DNA of 64,000 bases from Lingula anatina. Taxonomy: Eukaryota; Animalia; Brachiopoda. The notes below the pieces were generated by a model, which saw only the letters and a list, made by a program, of their open reading frames with translations, was not told the origin of the DNA and made no database searches. A program made the translations under genes and the position numbers. Location of the stretch: positions 8,366,587 to 8,430,586 of the forward strand of contig CM120648.1 in the NCBI GenBank assembly GCA_051362555.1. The letters are read 5' to 3'. Every line of letters starts with the position of its first letter. The first letter of the stretch is position 1. This document shows positions 1 to 12,157 of the stretch, piece after piece.

Positions 1-118
1 AGGACTTATGAGGTGACCTTGGACCAGTTAGACATATGTTAAAAATCACAAAAAATTCCAAATATATATAATTGATTGAATTATTATGTCATTTGATCTT
101 GACCCATTTTTCTCCCAG

Positions 119-1662
119 TTGCTCTACTGAAGAAGCAAGGCACATACGCTGGAAATGACGCTTTGGTAGCTTTTGCTCGACTACATGGAGTGAATGTGGT
201 GATACATCAGCTGAGTTCCCCACTGTGGCAGGTGAGTCGTATTATTGTGGTTACAGTAATGTCTTTTCAGTGAGGGGGAAAATAGTGAATTTTGTATACT
301 GTATTTAATATGGTTAAATATGGTATTAAAATAGTGTATTTTTTCAAGTCATAAACTCTTAAAATTAGGTGTCAGTGGTTGTCAGGTTCTTCTTTTTTCT
401 TTTTCTTTTTGTTTTATTTATTTATTAATTGATTTTTTAGAGATTCCTATTTTTCTCATTTTTTTTCGAGAAATTTCCTAATTTTTTGGTCTAGAAATGA
501 TGTTTCGTGCCACTTTGGTTATCATAAAATAAAATGTGGATTGCTGTCAGCTTCCGGGAGCCGAGCGCACACCAAACTTAATTACCCCCTTACAGCTTTT
601 AGTAGGCGGGACGGACATTTAAGCAATCTAGTGAAACTCCTCAGGGGGATAGATCGATCTTAATATCTGTGGAAATGGTCTCTTACACTGGGCCCCAGAA
701 TAGGGCACATTTCACTCTGGCTATGGTTTTACTCTATCTGTTGCTGTTAGCTGGAATTTTATGATCCATTGTTGAAAAATCGAATCTCATCTCCTTTGTT
801 TTCTTGGAATTTATTGACATGTTGTTTTCTTGTGAGTCGTGACCTTTGAAAGGTTTCTGTTGCAGCAGTTTGCAGTTGGTCTGAAGAGCTATTGGTGCTA
901 AAACTTTAATGTCGTCTTGGTATTCAAATGTGTCAGTGGATGGGTTGAGGTCATAGATTGTGACCACAAAAAAATAAAGGGTCGTGATTCGAATCTTGTA
1001 ATACACTGGCATGTCAGTGTGACATGTTAGCTTGACATGTCAGTGTGACTTGTTAGCTTGACATGTCAGGGTGATATGTCAAGTTGCCATTTGCCAAGTT
1101 TTAGTGGAACAGGTGATAAGCAGGTTTATCAAGTGAATTCCCATACTGAAAATTGCATAATTAAGGGTGCTTTCCCAGAGATTTAGATCGATCTAAAGAT
1201 TAAGTTTTAGATCGACCTAACTCCCTGGGGGTTCAGGCTAAATTGCAGTCAGCCAAGCGGGCACCATAGTTAATTACCCCCTTACAGCTTGTAGTAGGCG
1301 GGACGGACGCTTAAGCCGGCCAAGCTGACAGTAATCTAGTGAGACACCCCACAGCGATAGATCGATCTAAAAATCTATGGAAATGGGGTGTAAATGGTTT
1401 CATAACAAGGTGCCAAGTTTCTATTTTTCCTCTTTTTAACACATTCTTATTTTTCCTGTTTTCTAGAGAAACTTCTTGTTTTTTTCCAATTTGTCTTAAA
1501 TGTTTGACTAATTGAAAACTTGTCTGAAATGTATGACCAATATGTCTGTTTTCAGTATTAACTATGTGACAAGACTACATTACGTATTACGTATGCACAT
1601 ACAGTAAAAACTCATATTTGTCACACATTTTAATTTTTTTTTTTTTTGAGAGAGAGAAAGTT

Positions 1663-1725
<63 letters not shown>

Positions 1726-3798
1726 GGTAGCTCACAACTGTCTGGGCCATTAAAATTGCCAATATAACTTTATAATTTCAATTTGATTGAATCTGGCCAC
1801 AGATTTTATGATTTAACAGCTACATGACACAGATAAAGTTTTTGGCAGTTTTAAATCTTTACATCAGTGATATTATTTTACAGATACATGGCACGGAGAA
1901 GACCAACGCCAGGCAGTTACACATCTCCTATCACAATGGAGATCACTACTCCAGTGTACGGAAGATTGGGGACAAGTCAGAGTCACCCACTAGCATTAAA
2001 CTACAGGTAAATATACAAAATATATTATGTTATTTTTTTATTTAATTCTTTTATTTAATTTTTTTTACAATGTTTATAAATTATTTGCGACTGACAGTGA
2101 TGGGATTGGATAATTACGTGAAGTATTTAAATATAGTATGGTATAAAGAAGATGAAGGGCATTACATACTGGGAGGATCTCCCCCTATCTTGGGAGGATA
2201 CAGCACAGCTGCCGGGTGACAGGCTCTAAAGCTAACAAGCTAACAACATCTTTTTCTGTCATAAACTGGACAAAAATGTGAAAATATTGTGTACTGAGTT
2301 ATCAATAGGATGTCTAGTTTCTAGGAATCCAGAAATCGTGGAAAATTATAGTAATATATAATATAAATCAGGAATTTGCTTATACATATTCTTTATAATA
2401 TTAAATGTCTCACAGTTTGTACTGTTCACATGTGTAGTACTAGTTGTGTAATGTATGTAAAATTTAATGTGACTTTTTTGTGTTCTCTAGATTGGTGATG
2501 AAGAACCAAAGTCCACAAAATCTAAAAACCCCAAGAAACCATATGAATACTCCTATTACAATGGTGATAACTACGATGCATACTGTGATACTGAGGACTA
2601 TGGTTACGAGGATGAGGTAGCGAGGATTGTGAGGAGCGAGGAGGATGTGCAGGAAAATGTGATGAAGATGACAGGCTGTGCAGTAAGTTTTCAGAGATTT
2701 TTTTTTTCATGGTTGCTGAAAGTTGAAAAAAAACCCATTTTTTTTTCAATATATTTTTAAAAGTGTCCCTTATGGTTTTCATTTTTCAGCCCAGATAAAC
2801 ATTACAGAGGAATGGGTGGGTTGGTGGATGGATGGATGGAGGGAAGAAAGGAGGGATGAACAGATGGACTGTATTTTACACAAAATGCAATTTTTTACAA
2901 TGAAAACTTCAATGAATTTCTTTCTGATGACAGACCTGTATAAAATACAAGTGAAACATTATTTGACAAGACTTTGTTTTCATTTTCTACAGGATGTCTC
3001 TCTGGTCAGGGAAGTTCTAGAAGAAAATAACTATGACGTGGAATCAGCAGTTGATCATTTACTGAGTATAATGGTCACTCTGGAAGACAGGGGTGTTGGT
3101 AAGATAGTCAGCATAATGAGAAATTGACTGGATTTCAGTTTCCAAGCCAAATTTCAAGACTCTTGTTTGGAAAAAGAAAAAAAATGAATATGACTAAACT
3201 AAGGTAGTTGATTTACCTAAACTTACTTTGCAGTAGTCAACTAAGTGTGTTTTGCAGACTATTAATAGTGCAGTCTAAACTCAGAAGCAGGTACTCGTAA
3301 CAGCTCATGTTGTCTCTTCTTCTTGAATGATTGTTTATCAAAAATGAGATGAGGAAAAAAAATCAAACTTTCCTATGGGACTGTACACTACAATGCTAAG
3401 TGCCGGTATTTTCAGATCCAGGGTCAGCAGTTTCAAGTAGCTTTGCAGCAGCTTCCTCAGACTCCGTCAGTGTGGACAGTGGCATATGGTCACACCATGG
3501 GACGGGGACGAGAATTTTTGGGAATCCAGGGGCCGGAAGTGGAGCTAAACCTAAGGTAAGCATTCAGGGTATTGTTATTTCCTATATACAGTTCTGCTTA
3601 GTACCCTTGTCTTTTTGCAGTTACAGCTCATAGAATATTTATTTCTCTGCCATTGACGACCCCCCCCATCAGATATTTTTGAAAAAATATATTTTCAGGA
3701 TTTTACTAAGTGTAAGATGATTTTTTCCTGTCCATCAGAAGTATCTTACTCTTACCTTCAGTAATATACTTTCTTTACCTTCATTCAGTGCCTAGATG

Positions 3799-3835
<37 letters not shown>

Positions 3836-4251
3836 TTTTTATTGAAATATTGCAACCCGAAGGTTGAAACAAATATAAATATACTTCTTATTTACCACAG
3901 GTGGTGCAAGTAACCTGCTTGCATGTATTGTAGGCCACTTTTAAGTGCTGGACCTTCAAAAGCTGCCCCCCCTCCCCACCCCCACCCCCCATCCAATGGA
4001 TTTTTTAAAAGTCTGAGACCTAAAATGCTTTTGCCTTTTCAATTTCACAGGGTCAGAATCATCAAAAGGGTGCTACAAAACAACTAGGAAAACAGAAGAA
4101 ACTTGAGAAGAAGAAAAGAGCCGAAGAACGCCATAGGTTAAAAGTGTTAGGAGAAGTCCCAGATAATCATAACCATAATCATAATGTACCTGACAGTGAC
4201 AATGACGATACAGTTGTGATAACGAGCAATTTGGGGATGCTTAAAGTATAG
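119..4251 (+). CDS. OTUD3: OTU domain deubiquitinase OTUD3, 3' part (5' exons lie upstream of the window)
   Basis: GT-AG exons 119-231, 1884-2006, 2491-2682, 2993-3098, 3416-3555 and 4051-4251 join in frame. They give [31 protein letters not shown] / [21 protein letters not shown] (OTU His loop), a UBA-like segment ([24 protein letters not shown]), [13 protein letters not shown], and the basic [10 protein letters not shown] tail, all as in vertebrate OTUD3. Stop TAG at 4249-4251. Confidence 0.93.
540..680. mobile_element. Truncated copy of PIF/Harbinger-like MITE family
   Basis: Shares the core ttaattacccccttacagctt..gtaggcgggacggac and the end gatcgatct..atctgtggaaatgg with the copies at 1165-1390 and 11643-11856. 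Confidence 0.65.
734..960 (-). mobile_element. Degenerate non-LTR retrotransposon (CR1/L2-like) reverse transcriptase fragment in OTUD3 intron
   Basis: Translation [14 protein letters not shown] (YxDD-like) ... [17 protein letters not shown] resembles the LNxxKTKEM RT motif. Confidence 0.55.
1165..1390. mobile_element. PIF/Harbinger-like non-autonomous element (MITE)
   Basis: Imperfect TIRs (gggtgctttcccagagattt / aatctatggaaatggggtg) flanked by TAA on both sides; several related copies in the window. Confidence 0.7.
1664..1726. repeat. (GT)n(GA)n microsatellite
   Basis: Direct reading. Confidence 0.95.
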
Positions 4252-6942
4252 TAGATTAGATGTGCAGAACATAGTGATACAATTGTGTTGAAATTCTGCA
4301 TTAATTTTACATTAATGTTGCAGTAAGAGTCTAACTGATAATGTTATTAGTGATCAGATCTTTTGAACGATAGTTCAGGAGATGGATACATTGTAACCCA
4401 GTCTTACTACAATATTGGGATATTGCAAAAGCAATACAGTTACAGTATCAAAGTGATTTCCGGTTTTTACGCAATATTTAGTACTAGATTTATATTTCTC
4501 ATTATCTCAACTGGAGGAATGCCAGCACTTTCATATTACCGTAGGGACAGTGTCTTTCATTAGACACGTGAAACCAAAACAAACTGTCGAAGAAATTAAC
4601 TTTCATTGCAAAAAATTACTTTTCCACTTCTGTATTGTGAAAGTAATATTTGGTTTGCCAAAAATTTAACACCATTTTCAGTTTCATTCCTAAGCCAGCA
4701 AAAGAATGGTATAATGCAATTCACAATTAGGATACAGTGACATTAAAGTTCTTTACCAGATGTCAGCTGAGTGATGAAATAAGTTCTGTGCACAATTTGA
4801 ATTAATTCTTGCTGGACAAAATGCAGAGAATTAGCCAGAGATTTGTGCAGATTTCGTAAAAAATGTACAGTGGCAGTGATACCTTATTCATCAACAGCGC
4901 ACTGTCTGCCGTACATAGACGGTAAAGGTGATGATTGTAATCGTAAGACAGTTACAGTACTGTCACAGACAGTAGAGATATTGAAAGGAAAATCATGATA
5001 CCGTCACGTTAAGACACGTATATTATGATGATGATGGTGCGACAAACGCAGCATGAACGAAGCACTCGATCTCACTGAGACAGAGACAGTGTTTATTAAT
5101 TATATCTTAAATAAAATTCATTATTACTTTATTTATAGAGAAATAAATAGCACCACTGATGTTTTATGTGAACGACAACATTCTTGGAGGTATAAATCTG
5201 CTAAAATATTTTCACCTTGAAGTGTCTACCATCTAAAACGTAGGAGAGACCCATGGCATGGCTGCATGTTAGAAGGTAGCTAGCAAAAAGACCGCAGAAT
5301 AAGCTATTCTCTGACCACAGAGATTTCTGTAACAAAATTGATGTATTGCTGATACTTCAATTTTGTATACTATTTAAGAACCCCCTGATGTCGGAGGATA
5401 AGAATAAGAATTGTGTACGAAGTCATAAAAAAATTATACCCCAAAGTTAAGAGTGATGAAGAGGGCCTGACGGGGCCTGTGTCAGAAAATCGCCATAACT
5501 AACTATAAGTAAGTAAGCTAATAAATTGGAAATAAAAGATAACTTTTTGATACAAGCTCTCCACATGATGTGATTTGTTTAGTTGTAGCTTTTGACGCGA
5601 GAACGGGGATAAAAGATGAGTTTTGAACCTCGGATGAAGTGACCAAAAAATTTAGACAAGCCAGACAATGCCATATTTACAAATGTTTTTTGGACCTGAT
5701 GAGCTAAAAGTAAAAATCTAAAGACATTAAACATAAATGTCTGCAAATTAAATAATTTTTAAGGATGAGAACAATGAGAAATTGCCGAAATTTGTTTTAA
5801 TCGCCGCGTTGAATCCCATAAAGGAGTCTCATGAAGTAAAAATATAAATAAACATAGTGAAAGTCTAAAAAACCATTATTACGTATACTACCTGTGAACG
5901 TGTGCCGATTTTACCATATGTCAGGAACGTATTGGAAATCAAAGGAGACGAGAACAAATAAACGCAATAAATCAGTAACTTGATTTAACAAAAAATAGAA
6001 TATAAAAATCGATATAGACCACATGCCCGTAGCCGGGAAGGGGGGGGGGGGTCGAAAGAACACCGACAGGATGAGCCCGCGGTCGTCCTACAAGATTTGT
6101 TCTGGGGTATGATACCCCGAAATGCGATCTGACACACCTTGAAAACGGGTAGTGTGGTCCGATATAACGGTTAATTCAGGATCCTTATGTGCCGAGTCTG
6201 GTAGTTGGGTAGGCCTGGGTTTGCAGCTGTGGCGTACCACTAAATTAGGCGATGTTTTAATCAATTTATTTATTCAGTACATTTTACGATCAACAATATC
6301 GTGACAAAATATTCTATAACTACTGTACTAGGACTACATTTAACAATTAAAAATATCAGCAAATAAGTTTTATATTTAAATCTAATCTTACAAGAGCTTT
6401 TACAGTTTCTGTGCCATTCTCATTTATTATCCTCTACCAGGGCTGCAGATTAATTATGTGTATTTTTCCGCAGAGATATTTGTCATGTAAAATCCAGAAA
6501 ACAATCTGTGAATATTTTGTGAAAAATTAATATGTAACCCTGGTAAAGGGTACGCATTCACAATATTATTGAAATTTAATGACGCTCGCGGAAGGCTGTT
6601 GAAGCTAAGACGAACATTTAACGCTTAACGTTATCATTTCTTTCTGCCAAGAAATTAACAGAACGAATTTTTAATAATTATCACATAAAGTCGCCATATA
6701 TAGAGATTATAAGGTTATAATTCAGCGAGAATTAACGAGCCCAGATTGCCACACGTAGGCCTACTGTTTGCTAGCAGAATATTGACAATAAAGACATCCA
6801 CAGTAAACTTTCAGAGATTTCAAGGTTAACTTGCATTTTCTTATTAAGAAAATTAATAGATATTAAAAGCTATTTCTTTAACTGTATTCTACAAAGACTG
6901 TAAGAAACTTGGCGCAGGTTAATGAACAGCGTAGCCTGCATC

Positions 6943-7103
6943 CAGGCCCGTAGCCAGGGGGGTTCGGGGGGTTCGAAAGAACCGCCCCTTTTGGTGGGAA
7001 AAGGTCCACTCTGGGTAAAATTTGATCTAGGTTCATGAAGTTTTTATTGAAAAAGGTCCACTTTTTCAGAACCCCCCTTTTGAAATTGCTGGCTATGGGC
7101 CTG
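6943..7103. mobile_element. MITE with CAGGCCCGTAGCCAG TIRs (hAT-like ends)
   Basis: caggcccgtagccag ... ctggctatgggcctg inverted ends; relatives at ~6023-6065 and ~49605-49717. Confidence 0.7.
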
Positions 7104-7791
7104 CTGCATTGTTTGTTATTTACTGATATTAATTTTATTTTTTTTTTCAGGTCGTTTACTATACCTCTACTCTGCATATGTGTAGACTTGTGAATCTTTT
7201 TTTCCATGTCAAATCCGTGCAAATTTATAAGACGTCCTAATAGCTATATCCGGAATTATGGCTTCCTTTTTGATTCAAAACAATAACACGTTTTCTTAAA
7301 TAAACTGTTTTCCTAAGGTAAACGTAAGCTTTACATAGCATAATGTGATTCTTACTAGTTATTCACATGCATGCAGACATACCTACTGTATTTGATTCCG
7401 CTTGACCTATCAAATATAAAGGTGTCAGAGGAAACAGCAATTCTGTCACAATGATAATAACGTGAACGTTCGGCCATAGATAACTGCATTTTTCTGCCAT
7501 CACGTTGAGAATCTCACTTCTTCAAATGTTTGATTCTTCATATCGTCAATGGCAGATCTGAGAGGATGGAGCGTTTAATTTCCCCCCATCTTCTTGGATA
7601 TCTTGTCTCCTTTTAGAATACCATTCTACTGCTGTGACAAAGGTAGGTCTGTACCCCCGACCACATGGCCCTGTTTTTCACCATACATATAGCGGTCACC
7701 GTTCCTCCTTTTAGCGCCCAACCGCAGCCTGGCCTGTTTCACGGTCGAACAAGGGTCGCACAAGGAACGCCTACCAGCGTGAAAGTTTTTT

Positions 7792-10094
7792 TTACATATA
7801 GCACCAGCACGCGCAGCTGGTTGCCTTCCGAAACTTCTTTGAACCGTACCAATAGATCAGGGGGTTCAAAACAGCGCTCATGCAGTTAAGAGAGGCGAAG
7901 AAAGACCTATAAAATATATTGGTTTCCGAAAGATGAAAACTTTTATTTTTGTGAAAACCATTAAATACTTCCCAGCAAAAAAGTGCCACCCCAAGCGCAA
8001 TTATGTACATTGCTACAGAAGGGAGTTTTGACCCGTCGAATTGCCAGTAGGCTGGGTTGTTTGACGAGAACCGTTCAGAGGGTTACACGACATCATAACG
8101 AATCAGGCACAATAATGAATCAACCAATCAGGCAAGATAGCCTGGATATATGGCCGAACGAAGGAAACCAAACCCAAACTAGAAAAGCACTCCGAGAGCG
8201 CAGACCTCCGCCAAGGCAGCGATTTTTTATTATTATTAATTATTGATTGATTATTGATCCGGATCACCACCAAAACTAATCACTTCTAAGATAACCCATT
8301 TCCCACCTACCCTGAAAATTTCATCAAAATCGGTCCATAACTTTTTGAGTTATGTTGATGACAAACAAACAAACAGACACAGACAAACAGAGGTGAAAAC
8401 ATAACTTCCTTGGCGGAGGTAAATAGGATGTTAGCACGGCTTCCTCGTAGAAAACGAACTTCAGGTGCATCCTCCAAGCCAGAGGATACTGTATAAAAAC
8501 GTGGCTTTGATTTTCTTACTATGGAGTACCTTATTCACAATTTGTATTTTTGTGTGAAAAAAAATCATTTTATCAGTTGAATAAAGAACATTGATTCATG
8601 GCATGATTTCCTGTATCACTTTTCGCGTTGCATTTGGGGTGACGCTTTTTTTTTTTTTTGCTAGGGGAGAATAAGCTTTAAGCTTTTAAAGCCGTTTAAT
8701 TTCAACTTGCGATCTTTTGCAGCTGTGAAATCATGCAAAATTTGAAGGAATAATTGAATTAGAAAAGGAAGAGAAAATGTGACAAAAAACTAAGTCAGTT
8801 CTATGAAATGAAAGTCGACATTTGAGTCCCTAAACCTTTGTCAAACAGATTTTGGCCTTTTTTATCGACAACATGTGAAGTGGACATTGATGCTACATGT
8901 AACTTACCTGATATGTTTCAGCTGGGGAGTCATTCCATGCCTGAACTTCCAGGCTCCGATGACGGGTAGTGGGAGATAGAGAAGTAGCCATACAAATAGC
9001 ACTAAGGCAAACGTCCTTGCCGCCAAGACGTCATTTCTCTGGTGTGGGATCTGCTGGATATCGGGCACCTGCTCGCGTTGCGGTAAATTTTGATCAGTAC
9101 CCTGGTGAATATCTTGCAATCCTGTTGGATGCGCCCCTTGGTGAATATCTTGCAAACTTGCTGGTTCCACCCCTTGGTGAATGCCTTGCAATTCTGTTCG
9201 ATGCCCCCATTTGTGAATATCTTGCGAAATTGCTGGATCAGCCCCCTGCTGTTCATGGCCATTTCTTTGAGGCTCTCCTCCACTTTGGTCCTGCACCTCC
9301 CTCGGCAGTGCCTGCGGCTGGGTAACACTTTTAATTTGGGTTCCCCTCTGGTCGTCATGATTCTCTACTGTAGTCATTACCTGATGGTCAGTCGGACTGA
9401 CCCTTGCGTATTTCCTAACTCGGCAGTATATACCAAGATAAGACACTACGATTAGAATGGCGCTGAGGCCAAATACGGGCAGAAATAACGTGTAGTTGAT
9501 GACTTCCTCTGTCCCGGGTAAATACTGCCGGTCGTCGTTCGTGCATATATAATAAGATGCTTTTGAATAAAAAGTGGCAGCTGTAGCCAGTGTCAGCCCC
9601 ACCGTCGTGCTGACGACAATAGAGATGAATATAAGCACTCTGTTCGGTTGGTTATTCTGCTTTGCAAAGAACTGAATCAAGCGCAGTACAGAAATAGCAC
9701 CGAGCAGGCAAACGTTGGTAATATTCGTAAAAACTGAAACGAATGACAGCGTGTAACATTCCCATTGACTAAGGCCCCGCTGACCCAAGATGTTCTGGCG
9801 CATATGAAGCGTAGCGCCGAAGAGGCATTGTAAAACGTCCATTAAAGATGTATAAGCTACTAGCGTGTTGATAGAAGTCCTGAACGAGCGTTTCTTTGCT
9901 ATTGTCAAAATTACGCATACATTTTCAGGAAGTCCCACAACGATGACTATAAACAGAATCATACAGTTTATTAAAGGCAGTCCGTCAGGAAAATTGTTAG
10001 CGTTGGCGGTATTTGTTAAAGAAGAGTTTGATGAATTAACTGCATCGTTTATATGCACCGCTATGTCCTCTACACTGGCTGTATTATTAGGCAT
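7792..10094 (-). CDS. Class A (rhodopsin-like) orphan GPCR, two coding exons, ~433 aa
   Basis: Exon 10094-8908 (donor AG|GTAAG, phase 2) joins exon 7906-7792 (ttttatag|G) in frame. N-glycosylated N-terminus, seven hydrophobic segments, TM1 GLPEN, TM2 Asp (SLMD), TM3 Cys, TM6 LYLP, TM7 NPLIY, helix 8 FRKA, and a CACWC tail. Confidence 0.9.
8203..8422. mobile_element. Helentron/DINE-1-like non-autonomous element in GPCR intron
   Basis: acctccgccaagg near the 5' end, an acaaacagac microsatellite, and the terminal ttccttggcggaggtaa inverted motif, a layout typical of DINE/HINE elements. Confidence 0.55.
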
Positions 10095-11642
10095 GCTAGC
10101 GTGTCATCAGTTTTACTGAGCAATAAGTTTCTTTGGTTTTAAACAGGAATCTGTCCGTTTATTTACGTTGCGTTTTAGTAACAAATGCCGATATCGAAAA
10201 TCATTTGACATTACACGTTTTAAAAGTTACATACAGGTATGGACTTATATCCCTTGTTCTTCCATTGTGGTCTTAGCCTGGTCGACCTCTTCCTATTTTG
10301 GTAAACATGGCCTATTTCACCCCTCTGTTGATGAACTATATATCCGTTTTACTTCATGACTAGTCTTTGCGTTTTGTCTTTTGTCTTCAGTTCTCCTCTG
10401 GTAGGTTATAAATGCATCTCATTTCACATCTTCTTAAATATAGAGAAAACTACATGTACATGTACTGTCACGCACGCCCAGTTGTACCGCGTCTACCTTC
10501 TCGTAATAGAGAACGATAAAGTATAATACTATACATGGTTATTTATAGTACCTGCGTCACGATAATTCTCTCCTTTTTCCAGCCAATGGTATGATACGGC
10601 CCCATCCACTGGTGTAATGGACATCTGCAGCTGACGTTAACAGTTGACAGTTGAAATTTATCTTAAATATATCAAAACTTATTCACTTTGAAATAGCTCA
10701 CAAAGTGCTTACATCTGTATTATTATTATTATTATCATCATTTTTTTTTTAGTATTTTCACGTGTCCTAAAAATTCCCGGTTTGCAATATACAGTGATCC
10801 AGTAAAATTACATCTGCCCTACTTTAACTGTATAGCCTCTGTATATAGCCTCGCGCGCTATAATATATCTTCATTAGTGACCGCAAATGCCTAAACTGAG
10901 AAAAGTGAGAACCTCAAGGATTTTTTATTTTCTGGGCATTGTCAACCTTTAAGTCATTTCACGATTTTAAGTAATTTCATTGATATATCCACAAAAAAGA
11001 GCCAAATGCATATATGGATTGATTCTTAACACCAGTCTATGTAAGTAGTTACTTGTGATTTAGCAATAAAATCGCCACAATAAGAATACCTTGACAAGCA
11101 ATTATTAAGTCACTATTAGCTATATTTTGGACAAACGAGGAATGGGAAATGTTCCTAACGGTGCGTTTCAAGACACGGATGTGGCTGTTATAAAATCCGG
11201 GCTTAAATGTATGTTAATTGGGTAAATCCTGACAAATTATTGAGTAGTTTCTAAATTTCCGAAATCAGATATATATACAGTGAGTAATGCAATATGTTGA
11301 TTTTGTCGCTAATGAGAAGATTAATTTTGTCCTAAATTTGTTTCAAGACACTGACGGCTGTTATTAACTTCAGATAAAAACAGGCACAAAGTACACTGCT
11401 GCTCAAAATAGAGTATCCGTACATTTTAACCAGCTCAGTCTGATGTGAAAAGTATGAATAATTAAAAATATAAATGTCTAAGCAAGGATTTTTTTATCTG
11501 GTCGACTCACCATTATAGGGACCTGTACCGGCACTCACATGTAGTGTACAGATAAGATACACACACATGCATGATACACCTAAGTGCTGGTCACATTATG
11601 AAATGATAATTGAAGGTGAAGTTAAGAATGTTGCGAGGCTAA

Positions 11643-11856
11643 CACCCCATTTCCATAGATTAGATCGACCTACTTTAGATCGACCTAACTCCCTGGGGGT
11701 TCACGCTAAATAGCTGTCAGCCGGGCGGACACGAAAGTTAATTACCCCCTTACAGCTTGTAGTAGGCGGGACGGACATTTAAGTCGGATTATCTAAAGTA
11801 ATCTAGTGAGACTCCCCGCGGGGATAGATCGATCTAAAATCTATAGGAATAGAGCC
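11643..11856. mobile_element. PIF/Harbinger-like MITE (same family as 1165-1390)
   Basis: TAA-caccccatttccatagat ... atctataggaatagagcc-TAA. Confidence 0.72.
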
Positions 11857-12157
11857 TAAGAAACACATACACTAGCATAATGTAGTAATGTATGTCTGGG
11901 GATGTCTTGTTCTCAGTTTTACGCAGGCTACGAGAATGTTTTCTACGTGCTTATTATTTTCTTGAATTTCTTTCGTCCTTTCACCTTGACCACTATCAAA
12001 TTTTCCATTTATATCTGAGATCGGGTCAATACAACTCCCTGCATTTGTGAATGAGTCTTCTTCCCAGGAAATATTTTCAGTCATGACCAAAGAACAAGAG
12101 CATGGGTCGTCTGCGCTTGGGTTCAGTCTGCCAGGGCCTGGTGATGACGTCATGTTG

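Noticed and set aside
5696-5720. Other CTGATGA hits as hammerheads (also ~33237 and minus strand ~56315)
   Set aside because: No correctly placed GAAA core or stem I/III pairing.
7792-7906. GPCR as an opsin (SAVLNPLIY resembles rhodopsin TM7)
   Set aside because: The position equivalent to retinal-binding Lys296 is Cys.
8969-9455. Overlapping alternative-frame ORFs inside the GPCR
   Set aside because: By-products of the GC-richer 36-bp ICL3 repeat.
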